From: Basidiobolus meristosporus CBS 931.73
Lineage: Eukaryota; Fungi; Basidiobolomycota
Reading direction: 5' to 3'
DNA: 64,000 nucleotides
Assembly: GCA_002104905.1 (NCBI GenBank)
Contig: MCFE01000314.1
Coordinates: forward strand, 1-64,000
The position numbers and the translations under genes are program-made. The notes under the pieces were generated by a model, which searched no databases, was not told the DNA's origin, and worked only from the letters and a program-made list of their open reading frames with translations. Below are positions 59,100-64,000 of this stretch, piece after piece. How positions within the stretch are numbered: position 1 is the stretch's first letter; each line of letters begins with the position of its first letter.

Positions 59100-60334
59100 T
59101 CACTCGGGGATGGGGTTGTAAATCTTCTTGGGCTTGTCGAAGATGTCCGACACTATGGCGGACTTGTCGGCATAGTGTAAGCAGGAGGTGTTGCCGGAGA
59201 GCAGATCCTTGATGTGCTCGGTGATCAGGGAAATGGCCACGTGGTTGCCCGAGCCTCTGGGCATGATCACATCCGCGCATTTCTTGGTCTAGAGTGGGCC
59301 GAGGGGTTAGCTTCGGTTGACGCACACCGCATCTCAACTACGTCCACATTACCGGGAAGATGAATGCCTCGAAGGTGGGCTTGCCCACGCGAGCATATTC
59401 GTGGAGGGTCTTGTCCAGGTTGTATTCAGGCTTGGCCAGCTGGGTCTTCACTGTGGTGGACGATGAATGCACGTCTTGGTCGAGTGGCAGGAGGGAAAGT
59501 TACTCACCGAGCTTCACCAGTCTGGTATCGCTATCCACATCGGCGAAAATCTTCATCGAGAGGTACTCACGTACTTCTGCGTCGAAGAGGATCAGGCAGC
59601 CCTGGATAAGGACCACATCCGGGGCCTCATTCCAATCCAGGGTCTCCTCCTTTCTGAAAATTGCCCGGGTGGCTTTAGTGCCCTACGTCCATCAAAAGTA
59701 AAGTGGGTGGTTTCTTGTACCTCTTGAAATTCTCCGAGTCGTAGATGGGGATCTTGACCGGCTCTCCCCGGCTCAAGGACTTCAACACGCTCTTCAAAAG
59801 ATCGAAATCGAACGCATCTGGTTTGGATTCCAACCGAGGGTTAGCCAGGAGTGGTCTCGGAAACGACGACTGGCCGAGGTCTTACCTGGATGATCCATGT
59901 TCAGGTGGCCAGACTTGGCCGCTTCAAGCTCTTCGCCTTCGAATTCCCGCATGAACTGGGTGAGGGTTAAGATGACAACCTTGTGAGTTTGGGAAGCGGT
60001 GGCTTTCAGGTGCTCGACCACTCTTTCACACACGACCCTCTACTTGAGCAGAATCCGAGCGAATCCAAATAAAAGGTGGTCTTTAGTAAGAACCGGTTGA
60101 GCTACAGAATAGCAGGTGCATTCCTACCTTCCCTGCACCAGGTCCGCCTGGAGGTGGAGGAGCACGCGTTCAGTAAAGAGAAAAAAAAACCCCGGACGAA
60201 AAAGGAAACTCACCGGCCACTCCGATGATGAAGGGTACCCGTTTGTCGGAGGTAAACTGGTCGGGCACGGGAGCCAAGTCGGCTGGAGAGTATGGACGAA
60301 GTCCAGGTGAACGGTAGGATTCCAAGGTAGACAT
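59100..60334 (-). CDS. Uridine/cytidine kinase homolog with degenerate active-site motifs (multi-exon)
   Basis: [72 protein letters not shown]. Confidence 0.82.
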
Positions 60335-60540
60335 GGTGAGAAGGCTGTCAACGTGCAGATTGAGCTTAGGGCTTGTCAAGTGACTATTCTATATTCGAGA
60401 GGTCCTGCCAAATTTGGTCCAGGCCTGGTTGTTCTGACACCTGATGGCTTTTTTTCTTCCATGATCTGGGATTTTGCTGTGGTAGGCCGAATCATTTGCG
60501 GTGTCCGAGAGCAAACTACATTGTATCCGAGCCAAACCAC

Positions 60541-60609
60541 ACATCCTAACCAGGTTTTACTTGTAATTTGTTTGTATACATCCTAACCAGGTTTTACTTG
60601 TAATTTGTT
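60541..60609. repeat. 37-bp direct duplication
   Basis: ACATCCTAACCAGGTTTTACTTGTAATTTGTT at 60541 and 60578. Confidence 0.9.
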
Positions 60610-60683
60610 CGTGCCCTACTTACTCTTGGCAATGCCATTTACCAAAATCCATTCAGTTTAATGAACGGTCAATGGCCTCGATA

Positions 60684-60752
60684 GTTCTGGCCAAGTTTCT
60701 TGTGCAGATTTATTTCCAATACTTTTACCAAAGTATCAGGTACCCAGAGCAT
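60684..60752 (+). mobile_element. Copia LTR fragment in + orientation, interrupted by the next LTR
   Basis: ...TTTCTTGTGCAGATTTATTTCCAATACTTTTACCAAAGTATCAGGTACCCAGAGCAT matches the internal LTR segment ending GGTACCCAGAACAT. Confidence 0.7.
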
Positions 60753-61229
60753 TGTTGCAAGAATTCTGTAGATATCGGAAGTGATTGGGAGAACCAGTAT
60801 ATTAGATGGCTCTCACTTAATGATATATTGAATGTAAAAGTGATAGTTATACTTTTACATGGTCTTGGCAAAACAAACAAATACACTATATTTAAGATGA
60901 CCCCAAGAGCATGTGTGCAAAGTTTGGGGGTGTTTGGACAACTTAGAATACATTCACCAAAGCATCAAGTACTCAAAACATGAAATTTCTCAAAGTAATT
61001 CCTGGCCAGGAATTTGCTCTGAATTCTCTAAGAATTGTTGGTAATGATCAAAGTGACTAAGTCAGGTGAATAGCTGGGTGTAACTACATGCTTTTACATC
61101 ACTCCCACCTAACTAAATACTCATACTAACTAGTCCCAACTGTGACCTGAAATATTCAAATTTGTCCCTAGCTAATGGTTTGGTAAATATGTCTGCAATC
61201 AGTTCATCTGCAGAGCAGTAAGCTGAGTT
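60753..61229 (-). mobile_element. 3' end of an older copia element: 349-bp LTR (60753-61101), polypurine tract and RNase H C-terminus
   Basis: LTR termini TGTTG/..CATCA; purine tract at 61102-61110; minus strand encodes YCSADELIADIFTKPLARDKFEYFRSQLGLVSMSI. Confidence 0.88.
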
Positions 61230-64000
61230 TGTTGTAAAAGTCTTGGAGATATTGGAAGTGATTGTGAGGACAAGTTGATTATGTGGTTTTCACTTAATGA
61301 TTTATTGAATGTAAAAGTAGTATTTATACTTTTACCTGGTCTTGGCATTACAAACACGTAAAATAGGTTAAGGAAGGTCCCAAGAACATGTGTGCAAAGT
61401 TTGGGGCTGTTTGGACAACTTTGAGAATTTTCATGTTCTGGGTACCTGGTATTTTGGTGAAAATATTCCAAGTAAATCCCAACTAGGAGTTTGGTCAGTA
61501 TTCTCTAGGATTTGAAGGTAATGATCTAAGTGACTAAGTTAGGTGAATATTTAGGTGGAATTACAAACTTTTACAACACTCCCACTCAGCTAAATGTTCA
61601 TACTGACTAGTCCTAATTTTGACCCAAGATATTCAAACTTGTCTCTAGCTAATGGTTTGGTAAATATGTCTGCAACCATTTCATCTGAAGGACAGTAAAC
61701 TATGCTAACTAGGTTATTCTCTACAGCTTCACATATGAAATGATGTCTAATAGCTATATTCTTAGTTCTAGCATGAAAAGTTGGATTTCTACCTAATTGT
61801 ATACATCCTTGACTATCTTGAAATAAAGTAATAGGCATTTTTTGACATAGGCCTAAATCTGTAAAAAGCTTTCTTATCCACATTACTTCTTTTGTAGCTT
61901 CACAGGCTGCCATGTACTCTGCCTCTGTGGTAGAAAGTGCTACAGTTGGTTGCTTTCTTGAATTCCATGAAATTGCTCCTTTACAGTAAAGAAAGGTGTA
62001 TCCTGTGGTGGATCTTCTGTCTTCCAGATATTGTCCCCAATCAGCATCAGAGTATCCCACAAGATCCTGTTCTGAAACCTTATAAGTGTATCTTAAGCAG
62101 ATATCAGCGGTCCCTTTTAGGTATCTAAAAATCCGCTTAGCTGCTGCAATATGATCAGATCCAGAGTTCTGATTATGTTGGCTGACAACTCCCACTGAAT
62201 ATGAGATATCTGGACATGTTCCAAGCATGATATACACCAGCCTGCCAACCATAGATTGATAAGGAAAGTCAGGGCTTTCAGATGGCACCAAGCTCTCTTG
62301 ATTTGGTTGAGTTTTGACCAAGTTAAGGTTTGTCTCCATTGGGGTAGCTGCCGGTTTACAGTCTTCCATTTGGTTCTTCTTTAGTATATCTTGAATATAC
62401 TTGGATTGGCTTAGGGTAATAGTTGGGGTATTACTGTCTATGGAGAACTTAATCCCTAAGTAGTAACTGAGCTCTTCTAGATTGGGACATCTTGAACTCC
62501 TTAGATAGGCAGGATTTAGTCTCTTCCAATGTTTCTAGGTTATTGGCAGCTGTAATGAGATCATCCACATAGAGAGCTAATAGAGCTGTATTTGCTCCAT
62601 CTGGCTTATAGTATATACTATAGTCAGCATTACTCCTTTTGAAACTCAAAGATTCCAAATAAGAATCTATCTTGCAATTCCAGGCTCTTGGTGATTGTTT
62701 AAGACCATATGGAGACTTTTTAAGCTTGCAGACCAAATGCAGGTTATCTTGGTCAGCAAACCCATTAGGCTGGTCCATATACACGTCCTCATCAAGTTCT
62801 CCATTCAAAAATGCGGTTTTTACATCCATTTGATGAATAAGTAACTTATATTTGGCTGCAATAGCCAATATTAATCTGATGGAACTAAACTTGGTTACCA
62901 GTGCAAAGGTCTCAGTATAGCCAAGTCCTTTTGTTTGAGAGTATTTTTTGGCCATAAGTCATGCTTTGTATCTTTCAATTGTACCATCAGCCTTGTATTT
63001 TGTCTTGAAGACCCATCTGCATCCAATTGATTTTGGTTGATTGGTAATTTGACCAAGTCCCCAGTTTGATTTTCCATCAAGGTCTGATATTCCTCAGTCA
63101 TTGCAGATCTTTAAAACTCTGTCTGAGGGCTATTTAGGGTCTCTTTTACAGTCTGGGGCTCATCAATATGGACTGAATAGGCATAGGCTAAGTTTGTACC
63201 CTCATTGATATAGTAATTTGCACTATTTCTTGTCCAATTGGATCTCCAGGCATTTGATACTGGAATGATCACTTCTGGGATATTCATGGGCACTGTTTCA
63301 GGCTGAACCACAGTTGTAGAGTCCTCTGGAGTGCAAAAATTTCATTATTTTGCTCTGATTCAATCCTGACTATTGGTGGACTTGAGATCAGACTTTTGTG
63401 ATCATCTGATGCCATTTTTTGCAAACATTTTGGATATTCATCAAACAGCACATCCCTGGACTTGATTAGCTTCTTTGCTTTGGTATTGTAGAGTCTGTAT
63501 GCTTTACTCTCATTGCAGTAGCCCAAAAATATGCATTTTACACTTTTTGGCTCAAATTTTGACTGATTTCCAGGCAGTTTCTTGGCATATGCTGTACACC
63601 TGGATATTCTTTGATGTTCTACACCTGGTCTGTATCCATACCATGCTTCAAATGGAGTAGAATCACAAAGTATTATGTTATAACTCCTATTCTTAGGATA
63701 TATAGCTGAGGCAACTGATTCCACCCAAAAATCACAGGATAATTTTTGATCATGGATCATAGATCTTGCCATATCAATTATTGATCTGCATGCACATTCT
63801 GCTACTCCATCTTGATGTGGGGAGTACAGTACAGTAGTCTCTTGCTTTATCCCATGAATTTAGCAGAAGTGGATGAAGAGTTTTTATGTATATTCTCCAC
63901 CATTGTTAGAGCGTATTTTCTTGATTTTTTCACCAGTTTCTTCTCCACCATGGCTTTGAGCTCCCTGAACTTAGACAGAGCTTCTCCCCTTCTCTCCATG
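61230..64000 (-). mobile_element. Ty1/copia LTR retrotransposon, degenerate pol, continues beyond the window; 3' LTR at 61230-61578
   Basis: LTR with 11-bp inverted termini TGTTGTAAAAG; PPT GAGTGGGAG at 61579-61587. Copia order integrase (KCIFLGY) > RT (QMDVKTAFLNG, YVDDL) > RNase H (YSDADW, STTEAEY, ADIFTKPL), broken by stops and frameshifts. Confidence 0.95.

Overview
Eukaryotic, intron-containing fungal DNA: introns are short GT-AG, about 55-65 nt, with CTAAC-type branch sites. The gene content (class IV-like chitin synthase, two Chs7 paralogs, TypA, an MT-A70 gene) suggests an early-diverging lineage such as Zoopagomycota or Mucoromycota; that placement is inference. The window has three zones. 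(1) About 1-16 kb is AT-rich and accessory-like: a 155-bp tandem repeat, five secreted Gly/Asp/Tyr/His repeat-peptide genes interleaved with three identical tRNA-Arg(TCG) genes, a secreted CE1 feruloyl-esterase-like gene, a solo copia LTR with a 5-bp TSD, and small secreted proteins. (2) About 18-60.4 kb is gene-dense and mostly housekeeping: Pcl-type cyclin, a 7-ankyrin/chitin synthase fusion head-to-head with Chs7, LSM7, CLP1, a SANT/Myb-like + MT-A70 gene, a second Chs7, a Cys-rich/TM/SH3 protein, an OXLD1-like gene, NOP56, a GDSL-like gene lacking the catalytic Ser, TypA/BipA, DHX16/Prp2, CUL4, a PB1 + NAD kinase fusion, a GT49, a membrane protein and a degenerate uridine-kinase homolog. 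(3) About 60.7-64 kb holds nested Ty1/copia elements. Top candidates for novelty are the peptide-precursor/tRNA array, the ankyrin-chitin synthase/Chs7 locus, the PB1-NAD kinase and the Myb-MT-A70 fusion. All exon models and family calls were made by eye, without database searches.
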